64,000 bases of DNA from a virus. The position numbers and the translations under genes were made by a program. Shown in pieces: positions 37,427 to 46,961 of this stretch. The notes under the pieces were generated by a model. It was not told the DNA's origin, ran no database searches, and saw only the letters and a program-made list of their open reading frames with translations. The stretch covers positions 2,931 through 66,930 of the IMG/VR virus record IMGVR_UViG_3300014202_001521. One strand, 5' to 3'. Positions within the stretch are counted from its first letter, which is position 1; each line of letters begins with the position of its first letter.

Positions 37427-37447
37427 GACAGTAGTATACCAAATTAA

Positions 37448-37777
37448 TTACACCACGTCTAGCTTTCTTACCTTTTCGCCTTCCTCATTGATAACCGTCT
37501 CCTCAAAAACAAGAGATTTCGGGCTATCATTGAAACGAAGTCCTAGATTGTAGGAGTCTAGAACAGCCATCTTATCTTCTTTGCTTGCCATGATCCAGCA
37601 ATAATTGTCAGCATTTATCAGCCTCCCATCATTGCCAATTTGATTCGTGCCAATCTCAAGAACGATACCATCAGGCAGAAGTAATCTTAGCATTCCATGC
37701 TTCTGTAGGTGCCCAATTAATAATGCCTGGATTTTGTTGTTACACATGACTATTCCCTCACATAAGATATGAAACAA
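37448..37777 (-). CDS. Hypothetical protein
   Basis: ORF; TATATA at 37785-37790; true start may be ATG 37747. Confidence 0.65.
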   Translation of the reverse strand: MFHILCEGIVMCNNKIQALLIGHLQKHGMLRLLLPDGIVLEIGTNQIGNDGRLINADNYCWIMASKEDKMAVLDSYNLGLRFNDSPKSLVFEETVINEEGEKVRKLDVV

Positions 37778-37809
37778 TGCAAGGTATATAGTTTTAATAA
37801 TGTATGTAA

Positions 37810-38280
37810 TTAAACTTTTTTGTCAGAAGTTTGCTGTGGATGTAGACATTTATAAGACAATCCTTCATATATGCAGTCATCAGAAAGCGTTTCTTTCTTA
37901 TAAGGTGCTGGAATAGGATTATTAGTTTTGTCAGAAGCAAGAGTCCAGCAGTAAGTCTTCCTATCCTTCATGAACTCCACCAACGACAAATGCTTATCGC
38001 CAAGGAATTTTCTACCAATCTTGCAGACTAGCGAAAAAGGTAAAAATGGTGCGTACTTACCACTAATTTGCAAAATCTCCATATAATGCGTAGGCCAGTC
38101 ATTCTTGCTGTAATAGATCACTAAACTATAGCCGTCTACAGTAACTTCCCTAGCTTTCATGAAATTAATATCATCGTCATCTTCCTGGCTTACTTTGGGA
38201 CGACTATAAGGCGCAAGATAAGCCCCAAAAGACTTCATCTCTTTGACGACTTCATCGAAACTCTTAATTGGAAATAACAT
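37810..38280 (-). CDS. Hypothetical protein
   Basis: GAGG SD; 156 aa. Confidence 0.65.
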   Translation of the reverse strand: MLFPIKSFDEVVKEMKSFGAYLAPYSRPKVSQEDDDDINFMKAREVTVDGYSLVIYYSKNDWPTHYMEILQISGKYAPFLPFSLVCKIGRKFLGDKHLSLVEFMKDRKTYCWTLASDKTNNPIPAPYKKETLSDDCIYEGLSYKCLHPQQTSDKKV

Positions 38281-38305
38281 AAAATTTGGCCTCTCAATTA
38301 TTTAG

Positions 38306-39295
38306 TTAGGTAGAATAAATTTTGTTGTAAACAGCGTCCTTGTAAGAAGATGGATATAACGACTGCTTTAAATCAAAGTCGGGGAACAATATTAACAATT
38401 CCCCGATCTGTTTTTTAGTAACAATTCTACCTTCCTCAAATAATCCGCCAAGACAACTAGCCGAATTGTAATGCAGTCTACCCAAGAACCAATTCCTTAT
38501 TTGCTTCATTCCAGGCGACAAATCATCCCGTAAAAAGCCTAAGAACTCAAACAAATCCTTAACATCAAGCCAAGTTAAATCTTCTGGCGGGTTAACTTTA
38601 GCCACCTCTAAGAAATGAACTAAAAGCCTAGTCCAGTTTTTAGCAAAAAAAGAATTTTTGCACAATGTATGTTCGCCAATTCGAAATTCAATTGTGTTAC
38701 GTTCTCCATTCCATAAATGGAACGTGTTGATGCTGTTGTATTTAGAAGCCCCTATCGCTGAGATTAGTTGCGTTGTAGTATAAGGAGTTTGATCGTCCAG
38801 CCAATCACAAAGACCTATAAATTGACAGTAACGATTAAATTTTCTACTATCTGGCACACTATCCATGAATACTGGTTCGAATTTAATCCACCACCGTAGA
38901 ACATTGCCAATCTCATCTTCCATAAGATCATTAACGTCTATGTGAATGTGGTAAGAACAATTGATATCAGCCTGGATACGCTGGTGATTTTGAAATACGT
39001 CAATAACCTGACATACCTTCTTCAGCCCATACCACCCTTGTATAATTGGTGAGCATATTTCAATTCCACAACTGTTGTCTGGCTTCACTACCCAATATCC
39101 ATGAGTCCTATACCAATGCGTGTGCCCCCAATCCCTAATCTCAACATACTCCTCAAGCGTTTCAGAAACGAGATTGGCGACATAATGAATGCCGTTCGGC
39201 AGCATGTCACGCGGAGTCATGCTGATGCCATCAAAAGCATTGACTTCAATTTCTGCCCCAATAGGACGGCAATACAAAAAATTCAACATAGGCAT
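38306..39295 (-). CDS. Putative amidoligase (COOH-NH2 ligase) family protein
   Basis: IGAEIEV, WVVKPDNSCGIEICSP, CSYHIHI, RYCQ, KYNSIN, TIEFR. Confidence 0.85.
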   Translation of the reverse strand: MPMLNFLYCRPIGAEIEVNAFDGISMTPRDMLPNGIHYVANLVSETLEEYVEIRDWGHTHWYRTHGYWVVKPDNSCGIEICSPIIQGWYGLKKVCQVIDVFQNHQRIQADINCSYHIHIDVNDLMEDEIGNVLRWWIKFEPVFMDSVPDSRKFNRYCQFIGLCDWLDDQTPYTTTQLISAIGASKYNSINTFHLWNGERNTIEFRIGEHTLCKNSFFAKNWTRLLVHFLEVAKVNPPEDLTWLDVKDLFEFLGFLRDDLSPGMKQIRNWFLGRLHYNSASCLGGLFEEGRIVTKKQIGELLILFPDFDLKQSLYPSSYKDAVYNKIYST

Positions 39296-39336
39296 TGACT
39301 AATTGAGATAAACTATATACACTAATTAAGTTTCAA

Positions 39337-39804
39337 GTGAGTAATATTATGAAACAATGCTTAATGATAGAAACAAAAGACCGCAAAAGATTCTTCACTT
39401 ATGAGAAGAATTTCCCCCAGCTTATTGAGTTTTCCAAGACCTTCAATGCTGAAATTTCCAAGGTGCAAATTCCTAGTGAAACCGAAGTTCTCGAATTAGA
39501 AGAACTTGCTCCTGCCCTGTGTGAAAAGAAATCACAAAAAGCAGATTACAAAGTCCTAGAACTAAAACTATGCCCTAAAATAACCCGTAGTAAAATCCTA
39601 TCCAGAGCCAAGAAAATACAAATTTATATACATAAAAAACTAATGGAAGGGAACACCGTGTCACTAAGGGAGTTAACTGACAAATTCAAAGGATTAACCA
39701 GCGCCTGCCTATGCGCCCACTTTAAATTAATCAGAAAAGACATGGAAGCCAAAGGCCACTTGTTTGAAAAAGTAGGCGGCGGCAAATACAAGATAACAAA
39801 ATAA
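39337..39804 (+). CDS. Hypothetical protein with possible C-terminal winged helix
   Basis: VSLRELTDKF...FEKVGGGKYKI. Confidence 0.6.
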   Translation: MSNIMKQCLMIETKDRKRFFTYEKNFPQLIEFSKTFNAEISKVQIPSETEVLELEELAPALCEKKSQKADYKVLELKLCPKITRSKILSRAKKIQIYIHKKLMEGNTVSLRELTDKFKGLTSACLCAHFKLIRKDMEAKGHLFEKVGGGKYKITK

Positions 39805-39832
39805 AAAGAAGGCTGGGTTTCCCCAGCCTTCT
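39801..39832 (-). terminator. Intrinsic terminator after recombinase gene
   Basis: AGAAGGCTGGG / CCCAGCCTTCT stem with T-run on the minus strand. Confidence 0.75.
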
Positions 39833-39862
39833 CCGTTTAAGTAACCATCGCCCATCGGTTAC

Positions 39863-41020
39863 TTATGCGTAATCATCATCCATGCCATCTTTCGCGTCAA
39901 TCTCTTCATTCTCTTCATTCTCGCTTTGGCCGATAGCAGAACCAAAGATGGAAATATAGTCTCTTAACTCCTGTTCGTCTTTGGCGTCAACCATCGCAGG
40001 ACATTTGTAAAGAGTTTCGGCATCTATGTCATTGCGTGCCTTGGAAGCCCTGAATTTAATCTCAGCGCCAGCAGCCCAAGGTTCTTTGACCAAATAGGTG
40101 CCATTACCAGCCTTCTCAATACGGCCAGACTGGATAAGAGCGGTCAATAAACCACTCAAAGGATTTACGCCGTCTTTCCAGAACAACTGCACGCCTTCCG
40201 CTTCAAGAAACGGAGCCGTACAACGGTTCTTGACATTTCTTACCTTCAAGTTAATGCCCATTGCTGTGCCTAACTTCTTATTCTCAATCTTCTTCTGAAC
40301 CGAAGTGCAGACACGAAGACTTGCGTAAAACTTCAAAGACTCACCACCGCCACCCGATATGACTGGATTGCCATACATAACACCGATCTTGAGTCTTGTT
40401 TGATTCAAAACACATAACGTGCTGTTGGTCTTTTCCATCAAGGTATTCAGTTTCCTAAATTCCTTGCTACAAATTCTAGCACGCACGCCTGGCTGATCCT
40501 TCTTATCTGGATTCCAGTCCTTTTGTGTTTCTGCCAATTCATCACTGCTTGGGGAAGCTGATAAACTATCGTAGACAAACACCAAAGGTGTATCAGGGTC
40601 TTTCTCACGCAAATTTCGAATCGTGGAGTAAATCTTATCGAAACATCCCTCTAAAGAATCCACGCCCGTAGAAGGATCGAAAGTCAAAACTCTATCCAAG
40701 TCAATATGACTTGTCTTCACAATCCATTCATTGTTTAGAGAGTTTTCACAGTCAAGATAAACTGGAATGCCGCCAATCGCTTGACAGCCTCTAACAATGT
40801 TACAACCCCAATATGTTTTACCAGAACCTTCTGCTCCATACATTTCCGTGATACGACCACCTGGAATACCGCCGCCCATAAATCGTCCACTACAAGTCCA
40901 ATTAAAGGCTAAATTTCCAGTATCTATGAAGTATTTCACGGGGGTTGTATTACCTAAAATTTCAGCATTTGTAGCTTTCGCAAGTGCAGCAAATATATCG
41001 TCGTTCTTCTTTTTTGCCAT
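39863..41020 (-). CDS. RecA/UvsX-like recombinase
   Basis: IDTG, GIPGGRITEMYGAEGSGKT, YLDCENS, VYDSL, NQTRLKIGVMYGNP, GGESLKFYASLR, VKNR. Confidence 0.93.
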   Translation of the reverse strand: MAKKKNDDIFAALAKATNAEILGNTTPVKYFIDTGNLAFNWTCSGRFMGGGIPGGRITEMYGAEGSGKTYWGCNIVRGCQAIGGIPVYLDCENSLNNEWIVKTSHIDLDRVLTFDPSTGVDSLEGCFDKIYSTIRNLREKDPDTPLVFVYDSLSASPSSDELAETQKDWNPDKKDQPGVRARICSKEFRKLNTLMEKTNSTLCVLNQTRLKIGVMYGNPVISGGGGESLKFYASLRVCTSVQKKIENKKLGTAMGINLKVRNVKNRCTAPFLEAEGVQLFWKDGVNPLSGLLTALIQSGRIEKAGNGTYLVKEPWAAGAEIKFRASKARNDIDAETLYKCPAMVDAKDEQELRDYISIFGSAIGQSENEENEEIDAKDGMDDDYA

Positions 41021-41059
41021 AAATAGTTCCTCGTAAGTAAAGATTTAGTAAATAAGAGA

Positions 41060-41094
41060 AAATCCCCGTGACTCTTGGAGAGTCACGGGGATTT
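41060..41094 (-). terminator. Intrinsic terminator after SSB gene
   Basis: 16-bp stem AAATCCCCGTGACTCT / AGAGTCACGGGGATTT. Confidence 0.8.
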
Positions 41095-41099
41095 GATTG

Positions 41100-42134
41100 T
41101 TACTCAACTTCGTTGAGTGCATCGCCAAGACCTTCCAAGAACTTATCCTCAGCTAAGGCATCGTCAGGTGTAGCTGTCGGCGTTGCCGTAACTACAGTCT
41201 TTGCAGCCCTTGCTGGCTTCTTCTCAGCCGCTACTTGTTCATCAAGAGTTACTGGTTCAGCCTTCTTACGATACTTGCTCATGTCGAACGAAGTATCATC
41301 GTCAGGAAGCGCCCCTGTGTACTTCTGAAGTGCAATGTCCATTTCAGACGTTGGCTTCACCACGCGGAGAGCGGCAAGATCATGGAGGCTACCCATCCAT
41401 GTCTCAACCTGTTCCTTGTCGCCTAGCGGCGATGGATCGAGGAACTTAGATTCGTCGTAGTAAGGATAGAAAGTAACAGGGCGAAGCTTCTTAACGATCT
41501 TGAAGTCGCGGCCATTTACTAGGTCGCTAACGTCGCCAAGACCCTTTTCGCCTGCCTTTGGATCACCAACTACCGCACGAACAATTCTTTCGTGAAGCGT
41601 CTTGCCGATAGATAGAATCTTCGGACCTTCACTCTTCTCAAGATTACCCTTCTTGTCATAGTGACGAACTATGGCATTGTAGTAGTATCGCTCAATAGCC
41701 TTGATTCTACTATATTCAGCATGAAGCACCTTGCCTTCAGGACTTTCTTTGCCTGCGGCTTCGACTTCCGCCCAAATAGCACGGCCATACATGCAGTGCG
41801 GGCATGGGTCTTTTGGATCGGTGTCTACCCAATACTTCTTGCCACCCTTGCCAGTTACTAGCTCGCGTGGACAGTGGAAGTTTCGGCCACCCTTTTTGCG
41901 ATCCTTTTCATCTTTAATCAAGCGGTGAGTACGGGTCGCACAGTAAAACTTCCTGCCCTTAGCAGGCGGCAAAAGCCTTACGATAATGAACCCTTCCTTC
42001 TCAGGCATGATAACAAACTTCTCTAGGAAGTTCTTGTTATTGCCGCCACCACCTTGACCTTCTTCTTCGCCGCCGAAGCGTTCAGCTTCTTCAAGCATTT
42101 CAGACATATCAAGTGCATCATAGTTTTGTACCAT
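41100..42134 (-). CDS. T4 gp32-like single-stranded DNA-binding protein
   Basis: IVRLLP, H...C..CPHC zinc site, RYYYNA, GRDFKIVK, YDESKF, acidic tail. Confidence 0.85.
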   Translation of the reverse strand: MVQNYDALDMSEMLEEAERFGGEEEGQGGGGNNKNFLEKFVIMPEKEGFIIVRLLPPAKGRKFYCATRTHRLIKDEKDRKKGGRNFHCPRELVTGKGGKKYWVDTDPKDPCPHCMYGRAIWAEVEAAGKESPEGKVLHAEYSRIKAIERYYYNAIVRHYDKKGNLEKSEGPKILSIGKTLHERIVRAVVGDPKAGEKGLGDVSDLVNGRDFKIVKKLRPVTFYPYYDESKFLDPSPLGDKEQVETWMGSLHDLAALRVVKPTSEMDIALQKYTGALPDDDTSFDMSKYRKKAEPVTLDEQVAAEKKPARAAKTVVTATPTATPDDALAEDKFLEGLGDALNEVE

Positions 42135-42190
42135 TGTATTCTCCTCAGTTAGTAAATAGTTGTTACGGTTGTCACCGTCACAGTGATCCC

Positions 42191-42219
42191 GTTATATTTC
42201 ATATCGTAATTCTTGTCAA
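42191..42219 (-). promoter_or_regulatory. sigma70-type promoter of SSB gene
   Basis: TTGACA-N17-TATAAC on the minus strand. Confidence 0.85.
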
Positions 42220-42242
42220 CAGAAGTTAAATGTTTTTGAAAT

Positions 42243-42539
42243 TTATTTTCCTGCCGTGTTACAAATGTCTGGAGCAAACCCCGTAACCGCAACTTCTGCC
42301 GTAGCTTCTAGTGTTTTTTCCGCCAAAGGTATCTTATCCAATAACTCCAAAGTCTTTTCCAGTTCTGGAGTTATGCGACGAATCGGTTGCCCCTTGCTTC
42401 GCACAGCCTTCTCCAGCCGATCTTTCTTCTTCATGTCACTGGAGAACTCTCTTGATACTGCCCGCTTCTTCAAAATCTTCTTGCGAACAGCCCGCTCACG
42501 GTCTTTCTTCTTTTGAAACTTCTTTTCAACACGTCCCAT
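42243..42539 (-). CDS. Basic hypothetical protein
   Basis: GGAG SD; K/R-rich N-terminus. Confidence 0.6.
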   Translation of the reverse strand: MGRVEKKFQKKKDRERAVRKKILKKRAVSREFSSDMKKKDRLEKAVRSKGQPIRRITPELEKTLELLDKIPLAEKTLEATAEVAVTGFAPDICNTAGK

Positions 42540-42541
42540 TA

Positions 42542-43237
42542 TTATCTCCCCCTAATATCTGGCATCTGATCTTTTTCATAATCGCCAAATGACAGTTTTG
42601 CTTCTGTATCACGGTCTACTGTGGAATGGAACCCCTGAACCAACTTCTGGTCCGCATTCAAGAAATAGTCATCAAACGTAGTTACTTCCCGCTTATTCTC
42701 ATCCAGCATCGTGTAAATCATTCTGCCGAACATCTTCGGGTCAGATACTTCGTTAAAAACTGGATAACGTTTGTTAGGTACAAACGCCAACCCACTCCCT
42801 TTGACCTTGGCAAGATTTCGCTCATCTGGATCAAGGGCAACCCATTTAATGGGCCTTCCTGTGGGACCAGCAATATTGGTTTTGTTATTAGGCGGCATCG
42901 CTGGCACCAACGCGCCATTCGTAGGCTGCCCCTCAGTAAACTCATGAACAATTATATTCGCATCTGTGTCTAATTCAAACTTTTTATTCTTAATTACAAT
43001 TCCGCCCTTAGTTTCGCGGAAACTAATTTTGGTCTTTTTGTATTCGTAGATTTCAACATCTGGAAGTATCCAGATATCACGCCTAGCCAGTTGTGACAGA
43101 ATAACAGAGGCAAGCTTCTCCAACGGCATGTCGTCATAAGCACTGCCTACCTTCTTCTTCAATTCCTTGACTTCATCTTTGTTGTAGTTCCCACTCGCAT
43201 CCTTCTCATGGTACTTGTAAATTACTTCATATCCCAT
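42542..43237 (-). CDS. Hypothetical protein
   Basis: Start trimmed to MGYEVIY with AAGG SD. Confidence 0.7.
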   Translation of the reverse strand: MGYEVIYKYHEKDASGNYNKDEVKELKKKVGSAYDDMPLEKLASVILSQLARRDIWILPDVEIYEYKKTKISFRETKGGIVIKNKKFELDTDANIIVHEFTEGQPTNGALVPAMPPNNKTNIAGPTGRPIKWVALDPDERNLAKVKGSGLAFVPNKRYPVFNEVSDPKMFGRMIYTMLDENKREVTTFDDYFLNADQKLVQGFHSTVDRDTEAKLSFGDYEKDQMPDIRGR

Positions 43238-43284
43238 AATAAACCTTTCTAATATTATAGTATTTAGCGCAATCAATAAAATTT

Positions 43285-43905
43285 TCACCTAATTACCATG
43301 CCAACGCCGTAATCTGTTGTTACATAAACTGGTTCTCTGTTTACACTTATGCAAAAATCCTTGAAAGCTACGAGTGAAGGCTTGTACTTATTTAAGTAAT
43401 CAGTCACTATGATACCGTTCTTTGACATTTGCGGCCAAAGTAAATCGTAGTATAATCGGTGCTTGTCGTAACTAACTTCCTCATTGATTATTGCCAAATC
43501 AATTTCCAAAGACCTCAATTTAGTTACATACAGATCGTCAGTACAACCGCCAGTATGAATGTAAAAGTTACCTTTATACTGATCCTTGATATTACTTCTA
43601 CCAATCCTGTCCGAATAAAACTCGCCCGCTTTTACTTCCTGTAATCCCAAAAAGTAGTTTATTGTCTTACATGATTTGAGTATGTTACCGCTCAACAGCC
43701 CCAGCCTAAACCCTATCTCAACAAGCGTTTTAGCTTCTGAAATAGTGCCAAGCCAGTAATAAAACGGTACATAAGTAGAGTTGTTGTAGGCTAGACTACG
43801 CCTGGAATCCTCATCTATCAGTCTCATGCGATCCAAAAAGATATGTGACGGCAGTTTCTTCTTAAGCTTAGCTTCAATATAAGTCTTGATTTCTTCGAGT
43901 GTCAT
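43285..43905 (-). CDS. Class I SAM-dependent methyltransferase-like protein (Methyltransf_24-like, degenerate)
   Basis: TLVEIGFRLGLLS, IDLAII, NGIIVTD, YGVGMV. Confidence 0.6.
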   Translation of the reverse strand: MTLEEIKTYIEAKLKKKLPSHIFLDRMRLIDEDSRRSLAYNNSTYVPFYYWLGTISEAKTLVEIGFRLGLLSGNILKSCKTINYFLGLQEVKAGEFYSDRIGRSNIKDQYKGNFYIHTGGCTDDLYVTKLRSLEIDLAIINEEVSYDKHRLYYDLLWPQMSKNGIIVTDYLNKYKPSLVAFKDFCISVNREPVYVTTDYGVGMVIR

Positions 43906-43918
43906 GTAGTAATAGAAT

Positions 43919-43960
43919 AAAAAAATCTTGGTTTACAAAAACGCTTTGTAAACCAAGATT
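43919..43960 (-). terminator. Intrinsic terminator
   Basis: AATCTTGGTTTACAAA / TTTGTAAACCAAGATT plus T-run. Confidence 0.85.
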
Positions 43961-44103
43961 AGAAGGTTGGTTTCCTTCCATGAAACTTAAGCGCTGGCGA
44001 ACCATCCCGCTTCTATGAAAGCTTCATTCGGCAATAGTTGGATTACGACATTCTCATAGGCAGTTTTAGTCCAATGTTTCTATTGCCCTTCGACAGAAGA
44101 CCT
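43919..44103 (-). ncRNA. Candidate structured non-coding RNA (~185 nt)
   Basis: No credible ORF; TATATA upstream; three stem-loops with G.U pairs on the minus strand; ends in a 16-bp terminator. Confidence 0.55.
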
Positions 44104-44126
44104 GAAAATATATATGCAGCAATAAT

Positions 44127-44164
44127 AAAAAAAGGCAGCCAGAGTTTTAATCTGGCTGCCTTTT
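44127..44164 (-). terminator. Intrinsic terminator after dCMP deaminase
   Basis: AAAAGGCAGCCAGA / TCTGGCTGCCTTTT plus T-run. Confidence 0.85.
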
Positions 44165-44179
44165 ACCACTGAATTTCAA

Positions 44180-44827
44180 TTAATCCTTCCAAATCCATTC
44201 TTCAGACACTAAAACCAACTTAACTTTCGATTGTTCAAAAAGCCATCTACTTGAATATAAGCTATAATCCCCTCTTCCATGATCTATTCCAATTACAGTG
44301 TCTATTCCAGAATTAATGATTACTTTGGTACATTCTATACAGGGGACGCCGCAGTAACACATCATATAACATCCAGATACGTCTCTATTCGCTCTAGTTA
44401 TGGCGTCAACTTCTCCATGAATACAAGTGCATAGTTCTAGTCTCTTTCCACTTGGCGCACCTATCGGTTTTCGTGGGCAAGTCTTGCAGTTAGCATACTT
44501 TTCCACGAAACTATCTACATCAGCACGTTCATAGCCAATCGCGCGGTAGCTTTCATCGTGCGTCAATTGCGGCCAAACCACGTTCCGCAAATAATCAGGA
44601 TTGTCATTCTTTGGACAACCCTGTGGTGGCCCATTATGCCCTGATGATACCAGAGAATTAGTGTCAGGATCAACAATGACTACACCGATTTGCCTGGAAT
44701 AACAAGGGTTTTCAACTTCCTTGACCGCTTTGGCAAGCCGTAACCATTTCTTGGTTTCTGGAAATGAAAGTTTGTGTTTCCAAGGCCAACAACTCAAATC
44801 ATTCTCTATTATTGTGATTCCACTCAT
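44180..44827 (-). CDS. dCMP deaminase-family protein
   Basis: CYSRQIGVVIV, GHNGPP, CIHGEVDAI, PCIEC. Confidence 0.9.
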   Translation of the reverse strand: MSGITIIENDLSCWPWKHKLSFPETKKWLRLAKAVKEVENPCYSRQIGVVIVDPDTNSLVSSGHNGPPQGCPKNDNPDYLRNVVWPQLTHDESYRAIGYERADVDSFVEKYANCKTCPRKPIGAPSGKRLELCTCIHGEVDAITRANRDVSGCYMMCYCGVPCIECTKVIINSGIDTVIGIDHGRGDYSLYSSRWLFEQSKVKLVLVSEEWIWKD

Positions 44828-45465
44828 GCTATTTCCATTCTATCGGGCAGGTGGAGCCATACACTCTTCTCGCCACCCCGTTCAAATTTGATATTTCTGG
44901 ACCTATATCGGTTCCATGTATCTAAATCCCAATTAGCACATGTCTTACGCTCTTTACGCGCAAGCTGAATACAAAGTCTCTCTATAATGAGATATTTCTT
45001 CTTGCTGCTCGGAGTGGTCTTCGGAACATCATGCCCTAAATCCCTTAGATAATGCAAGATATGCACGTCTAACGGAATACACTGAGCATCCTTACGAGTA
45101 TGCAGAATGAATAAGCGGGAAGTCTTCATGCCAATCCCACGAATCTTCTCCAAGTCGTCAATCGTGCAAGTTCTTAGATTTAAGCCCGCACGAACCAACT
45201 GATACAAACCCTTGGCCTTGCCATTGTAACAACCAAAGCCATAGTCTTTCAAGACAACTGACAATCGTGGAGCAGTTTCTAATTCAAACCTACTCAGTAT
45301 CTCAAAGGGCGTGTCACCTATATGATTGAAGTCTCTTAGTAAGGCATCTAACATTCTGGACGTTGTTAAAGCTGTCTTGCCAGCTACCAAGAGTCCAAAT
45401 ACAATCGCTTCTTCTAGCTCTATATCTGTTCTATCAAAGTTAGTAAAATTGATTGGGTCAACCAT
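44824..45465 (-). CDS. HhH-superfamily DNA N-glycosylase (OGG-like)
   Basis: LEKIRGIGMKTSRLF, LDVHILHYL, KYLIIE, WDLDTW. Confidence 0.78.
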   Translation of the reverse strand: MVDPINFTNFDRTDIELEEAIVFGLLVAGKTALTTSRMLDALLRDFNHIGDTPFEILSRFELETAPRLSVVLKDYGFGCYNGKAKGLYQLVRAGLNLRTCTIDDLEKIRGIGMKTSRLFILHTRKDAQCIPLDVHILHYLRDLGHDVPKTTPSSKKKYLIIERLCIQLARKERKTCANWDLDTWNRYRSRNIKFERGGEKSVWLHLPDRMEIA

Positions 45466-45797
45466 TACATCCTCGACATATACTTCTCAGTCTCTAAGCC
45501 CGTGCTTTGTGGCGTCTCTCGCCTAAATTCAGATAATTTCAGCGCAGGTTTAACAACTGGTACAGTAATAGTAGGGTTCAACTTTTTAGTATAATGTTTA
45601 CGATGAATTTCGATCCACCGATCTTCGGGTACATCTGTCTCTTTTTCTACAGTAATACCCAAAGCCCGTGATTCCACCCACGTCTGACGATATAGCTTGG
45701 AAAACAAGTCCATAGCTTCGCCTTTGATATGGGTGTAGAACACCGCTATAGGCAAATCATCTTTGTCAAAAAAGAAATAGTATTCTCTGTCAGGCAT
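45465..45797 (-). CDS. Hypothetical protein
   Basis: Coupled ORF. Confidence 0.6.
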   Translation of the reverse strand: MPDREYYFFFDKDDLPIAVFYTHIKGEAMDLFSKLYRQTWVESRALGITVEKETDVPEDRWIEIHRKHYTKKLNPTITVPVVKPALKLSEFRRETPQSTGLETEKYMSRM

Positions 45798-45798
45798 A

Positions 45799-46425
45799 TT
45801 ATTTACCTAGAAGCTTAGCTCTGGACTTCTTAATATCTTCTACTTTTAGATTGTATTTCTTATCGCGTTGCTCAACTAGCTTGGGATCAACAGATTCAGT
45901 CAAGCCCACCGACCACATCAAAATTGGCTTACCCATTGGAATAGGTGTGGTCACGTCTGGCCAAGTATGCCAGGTCTTACCCCAAGAATTATACAACGCC
46001 TTTAATAATGTCTCTTCGCAAGATTTGGTTACACCGTGGATGGTAAGTAAGCCTTCATCAATTTCCCGCTTGTGTGGGTGCCACAACTTTGCTTCATCTT
46101 GAGGCAAATGCCCAAATCGAGCATGGGAAATTACATACTCAATGCCAATGAGTTTGGCATTCTTTTCGGGAGAGTCATATAAAATACACTGGAAGACACC
46201 ATCGCCTAAAGCGGTGCAATAATGCGTTACTTCCATTTGCAGTTTTGGATCGTCATATCCAATATGGAAAGCACAAATATGAGCGTGCTTTCTCTCAAGC
46301 GGATTCTTCGCTTTTGTGTCCTGATCGACACAAGGGCATTTCGGTTTCGATTTCGGTTCTTTGGCCTGTGCGCCCATAGAAAACACTATCGTAGCACCAG
46401 CCGCAATCGCTTCACGCCGATTCAT
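45799..46425 (-). CDS. DUF1264/OBAP-like protein with Tat-like signal
   Basis: MNRREAIAAG; AFH, HYC, QCILYDS..KNAKLIGIEYVIS, WHPH, GKTWHTW, PILMWS. Confidence 0.82.
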   Translation of the reverse strand: MNRREAIAAGATIVFSMGAQAKEPKSKPKCPCVDQDTKAKNPLERKHAHICAFHIGYDDPKLQMEVTHYCTALGDGVFQCILYDSPEKNAKLIGIEYVISHARFGHLPQDEAKLWHPHKREIDEGLLTIHGVTKSCEETLLKALYNSWGKTWHTWPDVTTPIPMGKPILMWSVGLTESVDPKLVEQRDKKYNLKVEDIKKSRAKLLGK

Positions 46426-46436
46426 GCTATTCTCCC

Positions 46437-46961
46437 TTAAATGTCTACATGCTTAATAATTTCGTCCATTTTTTCTTCATAGGACGGAACTGTTACTTTA
46501 TCTTTATACAAACGCTCTATTTCTTTTCTTAGTGTATTACCACGGTTCTGTGCATTCTCATGGTTCTTGTCCCATGCTCGCAAGTGCTGTTGTAATATCC
46601 TAACAATATACTTCAATTCTATTGATTTGGCCTTCCATGTAAGCACTTCCTTACGAGCAGCAACAACTGTAGGCTCAACCTTGGACATGCCCTCAACAAG
46701 CTTGTCACTGCCACCTTCCGTATTCTTCAAAGTAGAGAAGACCTTGGAATACGTTCTCTCGTATTCATCTTCTTTTTGCTCTACTTCCATTTCCATTTCA
46801 GCATACTGCCTCTCAGCCTCAGCAAGCTTGGCACCGTAGTAGTCAATCCAACCACCTTCGGTTTCGAGATATTCACTCAACGTACCTTCACTGAAGGCTA
46901 GTTTGGCAGTGTCTAGGTCAATAACTTGTCCATAAACAGTTACATGTCTTTTGTATTCCAT
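46437..46961 (-). CDS. UvsY-like recombination mediator (coiled coil)
   Basis: Helical protein with YYGAKLAEA...SDKLVE...AWDK pattern; lies next to the helicase. Confidence 0.5.
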   Translation of the reverse strand: MEYKRHVTVYGQVIDLDTAKLAFSEGTLSEYLETEGGWIDYYGAKLAEAERQYAEMEMEVEQKEDEYERTYSKVFSTLKNTEGGSDKLVEGMSKVEPTVVAARKEVLTWKAKSIELKYIVRILQQHLRAWDKNHENAQNRGNTLRKEIERLYKDKVTVPSYEEKMDEIIKHVDI

